From NCBI GenBank assembly GCA_963828195.1, contig CAWHDT010000005.1, positions 320,001 to 384,000 on the forward strand: 64,000 nt of DNA. The letters run 5' to 3'. This document shows, one piece after another, positions 47,137 through 58,020 of this stretch (within the stretch, counting starts at the first letter, position 1; the number at the start of each line of letters is the position of its first letter). Position numbers and translations under genes: made by a program. Under the pieces are notes generated by a model. It was not told the origin of the DNA. It searched no databases and saw only the letters and a program-made list of their open reading frames with translations. The DNA is from Candidatus Bathyarchaeota archaeon. GTDB lineage: Archaea > Thermoproteota > Bathyarchaeia > Bathyarchaeales > Bathycorpusculaceae.

Positions 47137-47176
47137 TGGAACGGCCCGATGGAATTTGAACCCATCACTTGCAGCC
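47137..47176 (-). other. Degenerate tRNA 3'-half remnant (att-like scar)
   Basis: Minus strand ATGGG-TTCAAAT-TCCAT T-arm, then CGGGCCG and TTCCA; no 5' half. Confidence 0.6.
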
Positions 47177-47358
47177 TTTCATATTTTTCTGCAGACAGCT
47201 TTGGTTTAGATGACAATTCAGCGCCTTGCAATCTCTCGAAACATTTGTTCCCAATTTGAAATTTCACTTTATTTTTGGTGCAAGAAAAAACCACTTGTTA
47301 AACAAAGAATTTAACTTGTCGGAGAAAGCCGCTTGCGAGACAAAATCTCGCCTAATAA

Positions 47359-47520
47359 GCTATTTGCGCCTAAAAACATCCACAAAAAGAAACAGGAAGA
47401 AGAAGAAGAAAAATTGTTTTCACCAGCTTCTTCTTCTTTTAAAAAAATATCGCCGAGAAGAACAACATTTGAATTTCGGGTGTTGTTGTTCTTTCAAAAT
47501 TCAAAATTAATGACAAAATT
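47359..47520. repeat. Dispersed ~160 bp double-hairpin element, copy 2 (inverted)
   Basis: Reverse complement aligns with 412-571. Confidence 0.85.
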
Positions 47521-47780
47521 CCGCTACAAAGAGCGACACGCGACAACATAAAATGGAGCTTATATCGCTCTGGAACAGCTCCGAGTTTTAAGGGTACAAT
47601 TTGGGTATACGTGTCAGTGACCTAAGTTGAACCCGTGTGCTGAGGCTAAGTGGGCAGATTCGGGGCAGCTACAATGGCGCTGGTATATATGAATGTCAAC
47701 CTAAAATTTTAGGTCTAAATAGCACACTGGAGCCTAAAACACCGGTCACTGTGCAGGTTCTAAGCCAATTTAGAAAGCAT

Positions 47781-48260
47781 CTATTTTAGTTTCTTTACTG
47801 ATTCGTTGGCTTTTTCAAGCTCTTTTCTTTTCTGCGCTTGATAACTCTTAACTTTCTCAGCCATCTCGGCATCGCTAAGCGCAAAAATTTTCGCAACCGC
47901 AATCGCCGCTCCTTCAGGCTCAATTGTAACCACGGAGCCTATGCCGCTTGGTACTCTTAGCGAGGAGACGATGTCTGCTCCGCCGAATTTCTCGCTGTAA
48001 GGTGGGCATGCGATGACTGGTTTGGAGGTGTTGCCGTCTATGAATGCGCTCAGCGCGTTTGAGCGTCCTGCGACGGTGACGTAGACTATTTTTTCGTTTT
48101 CGGATTCTTTTATTATTTCAATGACTTTCTCGGGGTTTTTGTGTGCAGAAGCAACTCGGAACTCGTAGCTGACGCCTAAAAGCTTTAGGTATTTGGCTAT
48201 TTCTCGGGAAAAATCCAGATCCCGCTCGGAACCCATAACAATTAACGCTTTTCCAGACAT
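47781..48260 (-). CDS. purE: AIR carboxylase / N5-CAIR mutase family
   Basis: IVMGSERD, VASAHK, VAGRSNALS, PVIACPP, SSLRVPSG; ATG at 48260. Confidence 0.93.
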   Translation of the reverse strand: MSGKALIVMGSERDLDFSREIAKYLKLLGVSYEFRVASAHKNPEKVIEIIKESENEKIVYVTVAGRSNALSAFIDGNTSKPVIACPPYSEKFGGADIVSSLRVPSGIGSVVTIEPEGAAIAVAKIFALSDAEMAEKVKSYQAQKRKELEKANESVKKLK

Positions 48261-48358
48261 AACCGGTTTCCCAATAAACAAACAAAAAACAAGCTAATTA
48301 ACTAAACTGTTTAAACAGCTTCGATAAAACTAACTACCCCCGTTTTTCAAAGAAAAGC

Positions 48359-48847
48359 CTAAGCAAGCAAACCGAGCAAAATCTTCGTTAAACGTTCGGT
48401 AGCCGCTTGAACTTCAGCGGTTAAGCCTTCACCGAACTCTACGCTTTTCGGTTCAATTAATAGTAACGCAATTTTTGCTCCAGTTGCCTGCTTGACGTAA
48501 TCGCAGAAAATCCGCAGAGGCAGATAATGCGTTGTAATAGCCGAAAAATCCGTGAACTTTTCAGCGTCCACAAGGCTGGCTTCCCCAGGCTTTAAACCTA
48601 CAAAGGCAGCGTCAATCAACAGCACATGCGAAGGATGAAACTCCTCTATTTCTAGCAGGTAGCTTTCGGGAACCGTTTCGGCCTCCAGTAGAAGAACAGT
48701 TTCTGGCAACTTACCTTGCAGTTGCTCAACGACTTTCAATCCTACATAATCGTCTAAGCGTATGGGGTTGCCTATTCCAGCTATGACAGTTTTCTTGGCG
48801 TCTGCAAACCAGTTTTTGAGCTTTTTTTCGATTTCCTCAGGCATCAA
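48359..48847 (-). CDS. hycI: Hydrogenase maturation endopeptidase, HycI type
   Basis: GIGNPIRLDDYVG, ETVPE, IDAA, TTHYLPL. Confidence 0.9.
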   Translation of the reverse strand: MMPEEIEKKLKNWFADAKKTVIAGIGNPIRLDDYVGLKVVEQLQGKLPETVLLLEAETVPESYLLEIEEFHPSHVLLIDAAFVGLKPGEASLVDAEKFTDFSAITTHYLPLRIFCDYVKQATGAKIALLLIEPKSVEFGEGLTAEVQAATERLTKILLGLLA

Positions 48848-48924
48848 CGCACCAGCACAATTGAATTAAGGCTTAAAGATAGAAAAAGTTTACCACAGCT
48901 ACATCATGAAAGCTTTAGAGCCGA

Positions 48925-49434
48925 CTAATTGTGGGTTAATGTTTGGCACCACGTAGCGATTTGCTTTTCAGATGCCTCTTTATCAGCCAAAGGGCTGATC
49001 ATCGAGAGTTCGCCGATGCAGGTGGAGTTCGGCATCAAAGCTTTAGTCTGCTCAATACCCTGAGGTTTTTTCCCTCCCTGTGCAAAGAAAACAGCAACCT
49101 TCTTGCCCGAAAAGTCGTTTTTCTTCAAGTAAGTGCGAATGGCAGGGGTTGGTTGACCAGCCCAGACAGGAGTCCCAACGATTACTAAGTCGTAGGCGGC
49201 AGGTAACTTCGCGGTTGGAGCTATCTTGGTTCCTTTGCCAAATCTAGCAGCAAAACCGCTGCTGAGAAAACCGAATGTGCCACTTCGTTTTTTCAGGTTG
49301 ACAACTTCTTCGATGTCAGCACCGACCTCCGCCGCTATGGTTTCAGCGACGAAGCGTGCGTTGCCGGTTCGCGAATAGTAAACGACAAGACTCTTCAATT
49401 TTATTTCCAACCAATAGAGCGTATTGAAAAGCAT
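48925..49434 (-). CDS. Flavodoxin family protein
   Basis: YYSRTGNARFVA and VGTPVWAG; true start probably ~12 codons downstream. Confidence 0.88.
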   Translation of the reverse strand: MLFNTLYWLEIKLKSLVVYYSRTGNARFVAETIAAEVGADIEEVVNLKKRSGTFGFLSSGFAARFGKGTKIAPTAKLPAAYDLVIVGTPVWAGQPTPAIRTYLKKNDFSGKKVAVFFAQGGKKPQGIEQTKALMPNSTCIGELSMISPLADKEASEKQIATWCQTLTHN

Positions 49435-49516
49435 TTGCTTATAAAATTTGCCTCGAATAAAATGTAGCCATCATTCAAATAAACAAAAAAAGATTGCCCG
49501 TGAAAAAAGGGCTAAA

Positions 49517-50971
49517 TTAACGGCTTACTGAACTGACGAGGGTTTTCTGTGCATTGAAGACTTCGACGGTAAGCGGCATTTTTCCGAAGGCAGCGTGTGT
49601 TGCGCATCCGAAGCATGGGTCGTAGGCTCTGAAAGCCATTTCAACCATGTTTAGTATGCCTTGGTTGACTTTGCCGTTGTGGATTAAGCCTTTGGCTGCG
49701 TCACGTATGCTCATGCAGATTGCTGGGTAATTGTTGGTGGTTGCAACGATCAGGTTTACGTCTTTGACCAGTGCGTCTTTGTCGAGTGTGTAGTGGTGAA
49801 TAAGTGTGCCTCTTGCTGCTTCGACGATTCCGACGCCTTCCCCTGGTTCGCCGGGGGTGTTGCGGACGTTTGTGCTGGTGATTTCTGGGTCTTTAACCAG
49901 CTCCATGGTTCTTTCTGTGGCGTAGAGCAACTCAATTAATCGTGCCCAGTGGAAAGCCAATGTGCTGTGAACTGGTTTGCCACCCAGTGTCTTGTACATT
50001 ACTTCATATTCAGCTTGAGCTAAAGGCGTAGCCATGCCTTCAGAAGCGTTTAATCGTCCAAGTGGACCCACACGGTAAACGCCACTGTCTGCGCCTGCGA
50101 CCTGTCCTTTCCAGCCGACTGCTTTGAGGTATGGGAACTTGCTGTATGTCCATTCTTCAACGTGTTCGCCAATGTGTTTAAGGTAATCTTTTGACTCGAA
50201 CTTTAGGAATTCTTTGCCAGATGGATCGACAACGCGGATTTTACCGTCGTAAAAGTTGATTTTGTTGTTTTCGTCAACTGTGCCCATGTAGTAAGTTGGC
50301 ATTGTGTACGCTGGGCTTTTGATCAGGTTGACGTATTGGGTGTTGCCGAGTACGATGTCGTGGAAGATTTTAAGTGTGAACTGTGCAAAGTTTATGCATG
50401 AAACAGTCATTTTCTCTATTTCTTGCCTGTTTTCTTCGCTCAGCGGTTTGGAGATTCCGCCGGGCAGCCCACAGACCGGGTGAGTTGCTTTTCCGCCGAT
50501 GATTTCAGTTATTTTTTGTCCGTATGCTCTGTGTTTTATTACTTCTTTTGCTACTGGCAGACCTGCTTTCTCGATGACGCCGAGTATGTTGCGTTTTTCT
50601 GGCGGTGCGTCTGGTCCAACGATGAAGTCTGGTCCGCCGAGGAAGTAGAAGTGCAGTATGTGGTCGTAGATGTAGTAGCCAGTGTACATTAGTTCGCGGA
50701 GTTTCTTTGCGGCTGAGGGTGGTTCAACATTAAATGCTGCGTCCAAGGCTTTTACTGCTGCGTAATGGTGAGCTACTGGACAAACACCGCAGATTCTTGT
50801 TGTAAGCTGAGGCATGAGTTCTGCTCGTCTGCCAATACAGAATTTTTCGAAGCCTCTTAACTCTGGAATTTTAAGGTATGCGTTTTCTACTTCGCCTTGG
50901 TCATTGAGGAATATGGATACGTTTCCGTGTCCTTCAAGCCGTGTGATTGGGTCTATAACTATTTCTTTCAT
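49517..50971 (-). CDS. mvhA: Group 3c [NiFe]-hydrogenase large subunit
   Basis: TRLEGHG, RICGVC, RAYDPCFGCATH. Confidence 0.9.
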   Translation of the reverse strand: MKEIVIDPITRLEGHGNVSIFLNDQGEVENAYLKIPELRGFEKFCIGRRAELMPQLTTRICGVCPVAHHYAAVKALDAAFNVEPPSAAKKLRELMYTGYYIYDHILHFYFLGGPDFIVGPDAPPEKRNILGVIEKAGLPVAKEVIKHRAYGQKITEIIGGKATHPVCGLPGGISKPLSEENRQEIEKMTVSCINFAQFTLKIFHDIVLGNTQYVNLIKSPAYTMPTYYMGTVDENNKINFYDGKIRVVDPSGKEFLKFESKDYLKHIGEHVEEWTYSKFPYLKAVGWKGQVAGADSGVYRVGPLGRLNASEGMATPLAQAEYEVMYKTLGGKPVHSTLAFHWARLIELLYATERTMELVKDPEITSTNVRNTPGEPGEGVGIVEAARGTLIHHYTLDKDALVKDVNLIVATTNNYPAICMSIRDAAKGLIHNGKVNQGILNMVEMAFRAYDPCFGCATHAAFGKMPLTVEVFNAQKTLVSSVSR

Positions 50972-51957
50972 TTTTTAATCACCTTTCTTTTTAGAATCGA
51001 GTTTGGAAGAGAATACATGTAGAATGTGCCAACGGGATCTTTCACTTGTCTCATCAAAGTCTCAATCTCTTCTTCAGTATATTTTTCTTTCCCTGATTCA
51101 CCATCGTAGCCAAGAATGGAAGCCAGAGCAGAAATCATCGCTGCACCTTGCTCGGGCACATTCGGCGCTGGACCCCCACAACCTGTACAGGGCATATCAA
51201 CTTTTAGGCATTGAGCCCCGCAGCCACTCCGGGTCGCGAGTCCCATGCAGATAATTCCTTGTTCAAGAAGACATTTTTCTGGTTCTGGAGTTTTCTCGTA
51301 GACTCGATAGATTTTGCCGATTTTTTTGTTTTCGCGTTTCCTTGGGCATTCATCACATACTGCTTTTAGTGGAGCGAGCACTGAGCCTTTTGGCGGCAGC
51401 TTGTTGCTTGCTATTGCATCTACTGCGCCTGCAATTAGCTTGACTGGTGGCGGGCAACCTGGGAGGAAATAGTCTACGTCAACTGTTTGCGCCAAGGTTT
51501 TTACTGTGTCGTAAAATTCGGGAATTTTGAGGGTGCCTTCTTTAACTTGGGTTTGAGTTTTAGGTGTGGTAGCTTGCGGATTGATGTTTGATTTGTCCGT
51601 TATGTAGACTTGATCAAAAATTTCTTGTTTATTGTTTAAGTTTGCTAATCCAGGTACGCATCCTTCGTGGGCGCATGATCCGAATGCGACAAGGGTTTTT
51701 GATTTTTCTCTGAGCATTTTAGCCATGTGTTCTTGTTCGGAGTTACGTATTGAACCGTTAAAAAATGTGATGTCAATATATTTGTCAGGCATCGCTTCGA
51801 CATCTTTGTATTTGACGTCGATGGCTACAGGCCAAAACACGATGTCGGCTAATGCTACTACATCAAGGATTCTTTCGTTCAGGTCTAAGACGGCTATTTC
51901 GCAACCGCCGCAACTAGCAGCCCAGTAAAAGGCTATTTTTAACTTGTTTTTACTCAT
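50968..51957 (-). CDS. mvhG: Group 3c [NiFe]-hydrogenase small subunit
   Basis: SCGGCE, GSCA, PGCPP, CLLEQGIICMG, PCTGCGG. Confidence 0.9.
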   Translation of the reverse strand: MSKNKLKIAFYWAASCGGCEIAVLDLNERILDVVALADIVFWPVAIDVKYKDVEAMPDKYIDITFFNGSIRNSEQEHMAKMLREKSKTLVAFGSCAHEGCVPGLANLNNKQEIFDQVYITDKSNINPQATTPKTQTQVKEGTLKIPEFYDTVKTLAQTVDVDYFLPGCPPPVKLIAGAVDAIASNKLPPKGSVLAPLKAVCDECPRKRENKKIGKIYRVYEKTPEPEKCLLEQGIICMGLATRSGCGAQCLKVDMPCTGCGGPAPNVPEQGAAMISALASILGYDGESGKEKYTEEEIETLMRQVKDPVGTFYMYSLPNSILKRKVIKK

Positions 51958-52846
51958 TTTTGTTTGCTCCCTCAGTTACTTGTTTTAGTATTTTTGATGC
52001 ATTTACTCGGAGTTCGTTGAAGGCTAATTCTTCAGGGGTTAAACCCATTGCTAACCCGAGCAGTTGTGGGTAATGAAGAATTGGAATGCCATATGTTTCA
52101 TTAAACGTTTTCTCTATTCTTAACTCGTTAGTATCATACATTATGTGGCAAAACGGGCAAATTGTGATCAATGCTTGAGCATCCACCATTTTTACGTGGT
52201 TTAGCTTGTCTCTTGCAAGTTGCAACGCAATTTTGTCGCTGACTCCCACGCTTGGAGCACCACAGCACTCAGTTTCGTCAATGTAATCCAAGCAGGTGGC
52301 TCCCGTTGCTTCGATAAGAGTTTTTAGTGTTTGCGGGTCTTCTGGGTTATCAAAGCCAATGTATTCCTGTGGTCTCAGAATGTGGCAGCCATTGTGCTCA
52401 GCTACTTTTAGCGAAGTAAGAGGTCTGACGACGGAGGCTCTTATTTTTTCTAAACCCACATCTTCCTTGAGGAACTGCAACAAGTGTTTTGTTTCAATGG
52501 TTCCTTTGAATTCCAATCCTACTTCTTTTAGATGGCAATTAATTTGCTCTTTTAATGCTTTGTCTTCTTTGAGGATTTTATTCACTTTCTTAAGTGTGCC
52601 CGCGCAGCCTGGACACAGAGTAAGTATATTTAGGCCCTGCTGCTCTGCCAACGCCAAATTCTTTGCAGCCAAAATAAGCATAGTTTCATGGCTTACTGGA
52701 TCTAAAGGTAAACCGCAACAGTTGAATTCGGGCATTTCAACAAGTTCAACGCCAAGTTTCGCAAGGACTTTACGGGCAGAAATCTCGTAGGCTGAGACAC
52801 GATAGGGAATAGCACAACCAAGGAAAATCAGGTATTTATTGGGCAT
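51950..52846 (-). CDS. hdrB: Heterodisulfide reductase subunit B
   Basis: Two CCG domains (FLGC, CCG, CPGC; GCH, CCG, CPFC..YD); ATG at 52846. Confidence 0.93.
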   Translation of the reverse strand: MPNKYLIFLGCAIPYRVSAYEISARKVLAKLGVELVEMPEFNCCGLPLDPVSHETMLILAAKNLALAEQQGLNILTLCPGCAGTLKKVNKILKEDKALKEQINCHLKEVGLEFKGTIETKHLLQFLKEDVGLEKIRASVVRPLTSLKVAEHNGCHILRPQEYIGFDNPEDPQTLKTLIEATGATCLDYIDETECCGAPSVGVSDKIALQLARDKLNHVKMVDAQALITICPFCHIMYDTNELRIEKTFNETYGIPILHYPQLLGLAMGLTPEELAFNELRVNASKILKQVTEGANKNE

Positions 52847-53393
52847 TCGGTTGTTCTCCAACTGGTTTTTGGATGGTCTCAACGAATTTTACGCCTTTGA
52901 GCGCTTTACGGACTTTTTCGGCGTCGCCTTTCGGTAGGGGTGGTAAACCTTGGGATTCACGTTTTTTAATTCTTAACTCGGGAATCTTGAAAGCATAGCC
53001 TGATTCGAGAAGACTTGCAGCTTGCTCTTTGAAGACTTGCGGTACGCAGCCTTTTTCTACTGCTAGATTGCGGAAAACTCGGATTACGCTTGCCACTTCA
53101 ACGTCTTGTGGGCAGCGGTCTGTGCATGTGAAGCATGCTGCGCATAACCATAATGTTTCACTTTTGAGCACTCGGTCGCGAAGCCCAAGTTGAGCCATAT
53201 GGATCAGCGTTCGTGGGCGGTAACTGTCGCTGTACCTTGCAACTGGACAGTCTGAGGTGCATGTTCCACATTGGAAGCATTTGAGAATTTTTTCGCTTCC
53301 ATGCATTTTGACCAGTTCATACTTAAATTTCGGGTCTAACTCGGAAGCTCTTATAGGCTCTTTGCCTGATGATGTTTGGGCTGTCTCAGTCAT
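52836..53393 (-). CDS. hdrC: Heterodisulfide reductase subunit C
   Basis: CFQCGTCTSDCP and WLCAACFTCTDRCP. Confidence 0.93.
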   Translation of the reverse strand: MTETAQTSSGKEPIRASELDPKFKYELVKMHGSEKILKCFQCGTCTSDCPVARYSDSYRPRTLIHMAQLGLRDRVLKSETLWLCAACFTCTDRCPQDVEVASVIRVFRNLAVEKGCVPQVFKEQAASLLESGYAFKIPELRIKKRESQGLPPLPKGDAEKVRKALKGVKFVETIQKPVGEQPNAQ

Positions 53394-53674
53394 TTTATAA
53401 TTCGCCTTGACTGGTAAGGAAGCGCCTTACATGCTTATTCACCCAAAATGCCCGACTCAACCATTTAAATCTTCAGTAAACACCGACGTTTTTCTTCCAT
53501 GTTCCCAGTCTTGATGCCTTAAACAAGAAAGCTTGGCATATTGAGCCGTGGGCTAAATCCGAAAGTGCGTTTAACATGCTCTAAAAAGAAGGGTCTACCT
53601 ATGAAGGGGTCTAGTATTTACACCAAAAAACCAACACAAATATGGAACTAAAAGAAAGAGTGAAGGGAAACGGT

Positions 53675-55120
53675 TTATCTGACCTTGCGATCGACCAGTT
53701 TGCCGTCTGAATTGATCAGTTTTATGTCAATCGGCATCTGCCCGACTGCATGCGTCGCACAGCTGAGGCATGGGTCGAATGCTCGGATAACGGCTTCAAC
53801 GCGATTGAGCATGCCTTCTTGAAGTTCTTTTGCTTTTACGTATTTTTTGGCTACTTGTGTTATTGCCATGTTGTAGGCGAGGTTGTTGTGTTCTGTTGCG
53901 ATCATCATTGTGTTGGATATGATTAGTCCTTGCTGGTCTACTTTATAATGGTGGATAAGTGTGCCTCTTGGCGCTTCAGCCACGCCGACACCTTCATACG
54001 CGTTTACCATTGCTTTTGATTCCACGTGCTCCGAGAGAATTTCTGGGTCTTCAAGCAGTTTCTTAGCGGTTTCAACGCAGAACAGCAACTCTACCAAACG
54101 TGCATAATGATAGTGGAAGGTGCTTTGAACAACTCCGTTTCTGCCTAGTTTTTTGAATTCTTTTAGTTCTTGATCTGCAAGCGGTGTATCACAGTGTGAA
54201 GCAACGTTAAGTCTGGCTAACGGTCCAACTCGGTATGCTCCATCTGGGTAACCGACGGCTTTGAAGTAGGGAAACTTCATGTACGACCATGGTTCAACAG
54301 CTTCTCCGATGAATTCGTCATAGTCTGTAGGATCAACACATTCTGCCACTACGTTGCCAGTGTAACCCATTATCCGTATTTTGCCATCATAATGTTCCAA
54401 TCCTCCGTCAGGAGTCACTAAACCCATGTAGTAGGTTGGGAAATTACCGAAGTTTTCAACTTCTTCGCTGAATCCATCCAACATTTTCTTGAACAAAGTT
54501 AGGGTTTTTAATGCACTTTCCTGTGCTTCAGGCAAATTAGCTTTTAGGTAATCAGCTCGCTCTTTTGTAAGTGGCCATTTGGCACCACCGGGGATTATCC
54601 AGTCGGCCGAATGAATTCTTTTGCCAGCAACATTCTCTATGATTTCTTGACCGAATTTCCTCAGCCTGATGCCTTGGCGTACAAGTGCTGGGTCTTTCTC
54701 CATTAAACCGAAAACGTTTCTTGATGCTGGGTCAGAATCCATACCTAAAAGGAGGTCAGGTGAGGACAGGTGGTAAAAGTTTAATGCATGCGATTGAATC
54801 AGTTGCCCCATATGCATTAAGCGTCTTAGCATTATCGCTGTTTTTGGCGGGCTAACTCCCACAATTGCGTCGCAGGCTTTAGCTGAAGCTAACAGGTGGC
54901 TCACTGGACAGATACCGCAAGCTCTTGAAGTGATACTGGGCATTTCGTAAAATGGTCTGCCTTCAGTGAATTTTTCGAAACCTCGGAAGTCAGTTACTTG
55001 AAACCTTGCGTTTTTTACAGTATCGTTCTCGTTGAGGAAGATTGTTACTTGAGCGTGTCCCTCTATTCTTGTGATCGGGGCGATTACAATTTGTTTACTA
55101 TCTTTTTGTTCTTTAACCAT
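53675..55120 (-). CDS. hoxH: Group 3d bidirectional hydrogenase large subunit
   Basis: [26 protein letters not shown]. Confidence 0.9.
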   Translation of the reverse strand: MVKEQKDSKQIVIAPITRIEGHAQVTIFLNENDTVKNARFQVTDFRGFEKFTEGRPFYEMPSITSRACGICPVSHLLASAKACDAIVGVSPPKTAIMLRRLMHMGQLIQSHALNFYHLSSPDLLLGMDSDPASRNVFGLMEKDPALVRQGIRLRKFGQEIIENVAGKRIHSADWIIPGGAKWPLTKERADYLKANLPEAQESALKTLTLFKKMLDGFSEEVENFGNFPTYYMGLVTPDGGLEHYDGKIRIMGYTGNVVAECVDPTDYDEFIGEAVEPWSYMKFPYFKAVGYPDGAYRVGPLARLNVASHCDTPLADQELKEFKKLGRNGVVQSTFHYHYARLVELLFCVETAKKLLEDPEILSEHVESKAMVNAYEGVGVAEAPRGTLIHHYKVDQQGLIISNTMMIATEHNNLAYNMAITQVAKKYVKAKELQEGMLNRVEAVIRAFDPCLSCATHAVGQMPIDIKLINSDGKLVDRKVR

Positions 55121-55655
55121 ATTTTGTTTTACCCTCCATTCTGGGTGTTCTGCCTGCTAACAGCTCGGTTAACACGTAGTTAATCAGGTCCGCTGGTGGC
55201 GGGCATCCTGGAATATAGAAATCTACTTTGACGGCTTCATGAAGCGGACGAGCCTTAACTAGCAGTTTTGGCACTTGATCTGGTTTCTGAGCGTTTAAGT
55301 CTGACTTATCAAGGTAGGCTCGCTCGATGATTGCTTTGTCGCTGTGGGGCCAAGCGTTTCTTAGAGCAGTTACATTTCCTGTTACAGCGCAGTCGCCAAG
55401 TGAAATTAAGATTTTAGTGTTTGCTCTGGCTTTCTTAAGCATGGTTAACTGTTCCTCATTAGCTAAGGCACCCTCAATCAAGGTTACGTCAACGTTTTCG
55501 GGGAATTCTTTAATGTCAGCAAGTGGACTATAAACTAATTTTATTTTCTGGGCTAAATCAAAAAGTCTCTCATCCAGATCTAGAAATGACATGTGGCAAC
55601 CTGAACAGCCGCTCAGCCAAATAGTAGCTACTCTAACTTTTTCTGATGTTGTCAT
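55113..55655 (-). CDS. hoxY: Group 3d hydrogenase small subunit
   Basis: WLSGCSGCHMS, GDCAVTGNV, PGCPP; 180 aa. Confidence 0.92.
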   Translation of the reverse strand: MTTSEKVRVATIWLSGCSGCHMSFLDLDERLFDLAQKIKLVYSPLADIKEFPENVDVTLIEGALANEEQLTMLKKARANTKILISLGDCAVTGNVTALRNAWPHSDKAIIERAYLDKSDLNAQKPDQVPKLLVKARPLHEAVKVDFYIPGCPPPADLINYVLTELLAGRTPRMEGKTKYG

Positions 55656-56362
55656 TTGCGGTTCCTCCTTGACAGAATAAACTCTGCAACATCTTTATTC
55701 TTAGTATGCCCGATTGGTTCTTCTTCAATATATATTGCTCCCACAGGACAAACTTTCGCGCATTTACGGCAAGAAGTGCAAGAACAAGAATTATCCCAGT
55801 TTTCATCAAGATCCATTATTACTTGAGTGGTTCTTCCTCTTAGTTTGAGGTCAAGTGTATGAACGCCTTCAATTTGGTCGCAGATACGTATGCATCGGGT
55901 GCATAAGATGCAGCGGTTGCGGTCAATAACTAAGAAATCATGGGTGGAATCAACTGGGTCGCAACTCCAGTTTCGTTCAAACATTACATGGTCAACTCCA
56001 AGCTCGTTTGCCAAGGCTTGAAGTTCGCAGTGATCATTGGCAACGCAAACTGAGCATATGTGCGTCCTCTCGGAAAGAAGCATTTGCACCGCCATCTTGC
56101 GGTATTCTTTAAGTCGGTCAGAATTGGTTGTGATTTCCATGTTTGGGCCAACCGGAGTTGTGCAAGCAGGGAAAAGTCTGGATGAACCGCTAATTTCGAC
56201 AAGGCAAAGTCGGCAGCCACCGTAAGGGGTTAAGCCTTCAACATTGCATAAGGTTGGAATCGCGATTCCGTTGTCTTTGGCTGCTTTCAAAATAGTTGTA
56301 CCTTCATTAACGACGACATCTATTCCGTCAATTTTGATGTTAAAAATGGTAATTGAGCCCAT
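55652..56362 (-). CDS. hoxU: Diaphorase Fe-S subunit
   Basis: 2Fe-2S motif, HICSVC, CILCTRC, CTSCRKCAKVCP. Confidence 0.92.
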   Translation of the reverse strand: MGSITIFNIKIDGIDVVVNEGTTILKAAKDNGIAIPTLCNVEGLTPYGGCRLCLVEISGSSRLFPACTTPVGPNMEITTNSDRLKEYRKMAVQMLLSERTHICSVCVANDHCELQALANELGVDHVMFERNWSCDPVDSTHDFLVIDRNRCILCTRCIRICDQIEGVHTLDLKLRGRTTQVIMDLDENWDNSCSCTSCRKCAKVCPVGAIYIEEEPIGHTKNKDVAEFILSRRNRK

Positions 56363-56364
56363 GC

Positions 56365-58020
56365 TTATTCCTCCTCATGCTTTTTGAAACATTTGCCAGC
56401 GTCACATTTCTTGTCCACTATATGTTTAATGTAATCGTCTTTGTAGTATCGAAGCGTGGTTATTACCGGATTAGGCGCTGTTTGCCCAAGACCGCAAAGG
56501 CTTGCATCCCTGATGAAAACACTGGCTTTCTCCAGAGCTGAAATATCATCCATTTTTCCGTCACCAGCCGTAATTCGCTCATATATTTCTAAGACCCTAG
56601 CTAACCCCGATCTGCAAGGTGTGCATTTGCCACATGATTCATCAACACAGAAATCGGTGAAAAACTTCGCTGTATCAACCATGCAAGATTGGTCGTCAAG
56701 CACAACAATTCCGCCTGAACCCATAATTGCTCCTGCTTTGTTTAATGATTCGTAGTCTATCGGCAAATCTAGCATGATATCTGGTAAGCAACCGCCTGAA
56801 GGACCGCCAACCAACACAGATCGAAATGCTCGATTGTTTGGAATACCCCCGCCGATTTCGAATACTACCTCTCGCAAACTAATACCCATCGGAACCTCAA
56901 TAAGACCAGGATTTTTAATCTGACCCGTTAGTGAAAACACTTTTGTCCCTGGACATTTTGGCGTGCCAAGTTTTGCAAACCATGCGCTACCGTTGACTAT
57001 TATTTGCGGTATATTTGCGAGAGTTTCGACATTTTGGATAAGCGTTGGCTTCTTCCATAAACCAGAGTTTGCTGGATACGGCGGACGGGGTCGAGGCATA
57101 GCTCTTTGACCTTCAACAGATGCAAGAATGGCTGTTTCCTCACCTGCAACGAACGCACCTGCACCATATCTAAGCTCAATGTCAAAATCGAACCCCGTTT
57201 CAAGAATGTCCTCACCTAGCAGTGATAGGGCTTTTGCTTGGTTTATAGCGTTCTTTAGCGTTTGAATTGCCAATGGGTATTCTGCCCTGATGTAAATGAA
57301 GCCTTTTTCGGCTCCCACAGAATAAGCTGCGATGAGCATGCCTTCAAGTATGGAGTGTGGGTCAGCCTCAGCTAAAGATCTGTTAGCGAATACTCCCGGG
57401 TCGCCTTCATCTAAGTTGGCAACGATGTATTTGGGTGTTCCATGAGCACGTGCAACTAGGCTCCATTTTTGACCCGTGGGGAAACCCGCTCCGCCTCTGC
57501 CGCGCAATCCGCTTGCAAGAACTTCACTTATTACACCTTGGGGGGTCATTTGGGTTAAGCATTTGATAAATGCATTATATCCGCCGGCATGTATGTAGTC
57601 TTCAATTCTGTGTGGGTCGATTTTTCCCGCATTTTTTAGAACGTGACGTTGTTGTTTCTTAAAGAAGCCTTCATCTTTGTACAACTGTTCTTGCATCGGT
57701 AAGCCTAAAACAATGTGGTCCCGAACTATCTCCCGTGCATTTTGGGGTGTAGCGCTATGATAAAGGTAGTCTCCCGGTTCGATAATTACTGCTGAACACA
57801 ACGAACAGGTGCCTATGCAGCCTGTTTTGGCAACTTTTACTTCTTTTTCAACGCCTAATTCTTTAACCGCGTTTTGAAACGCCTTGAATAGTTGTACAGC
57901 GCCAAATCTCTCGTGGCCACTTGAGCAACATACGTTTATTCTATGCTTATAGGCTCTTTCGTATTCAAGTTCGTTTTCGGCTATTTGTTGTATATCAGCT
58001 GGCTTCAACTTTTTGCTCAC
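56365..58020 (-). CDS. hoxF: Diaphorase flavoprotein subunit (NuoF-like)
   Basis: GLRGRGGAGF, DEGDPG, GEET, ESCGKCTPCR. Confidence 0.92.
   Translation of the reverse strand: MSKKLKPADIQQIAENELEYERAYKHRINVCCSSGHERFGAVQLFKAFQNAVKELGVEKEVKVAKTGCIGTCSLCSAVIIEPGDYLYHSATPQNAREIVRDHIVLGLPMQEQLYKDEGFFKKQQRHVLKNAGKIDPHRIEDYIHAGGYNAFIKCLTQMTPQGVISEVLASGLRGRGGAGFPTGQKWSLVARAHGTPKYIVANLDEGDPGVFANRSLAEADPHSILEGMLIAAYSVGAEKGFIYIRAEYPLAIQTLKNAINQAKALSLLGEDILETGFDFDIELRYGAGAFVAGEETAILASVEGQRAMPRPRPPYPANSGLWKKPTLIQNVETLANIPQIIVNGSAWFAKLGTPKCPGTKVFSLTGQIKNPGLIEVPMGISLREVVFEIGGGIPNNRAFRSVLVGGPSGGCLPDIMLDLPIDYESLNKAGAIMGSGGIVVLDDQSCMVDTAKFFTDFCVDESCGKCTPCRSGLARVLEIYERITAGDGKMDDISALEKASVFIRDASLCGLGQTAPNPVITTLRYYKDDYIKHIVDKKCDAGKCFKKHEEE

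Noticed and set aside
11550-47176. tRNA-Ile and the 47137 scar as attL/attR of one 35 kb island
   Set aside because: Wrong geometry (the scar lies 5' of the minus-strand tRNA), several mismatches, and housekeeping genes lie between them.
47226-47551. Lys/Glu-rich ORFs 47226-47510 and 47333-47551
   Set aside because: They translate the low-complexity stems of the non-coding double-hairpin repeat.
49517-55120. Selenocysteine recoding in the hydrogenases
   Set aside because: The C-terminal motifs are DPCxxC with Cys and there is no in-frame TGA.
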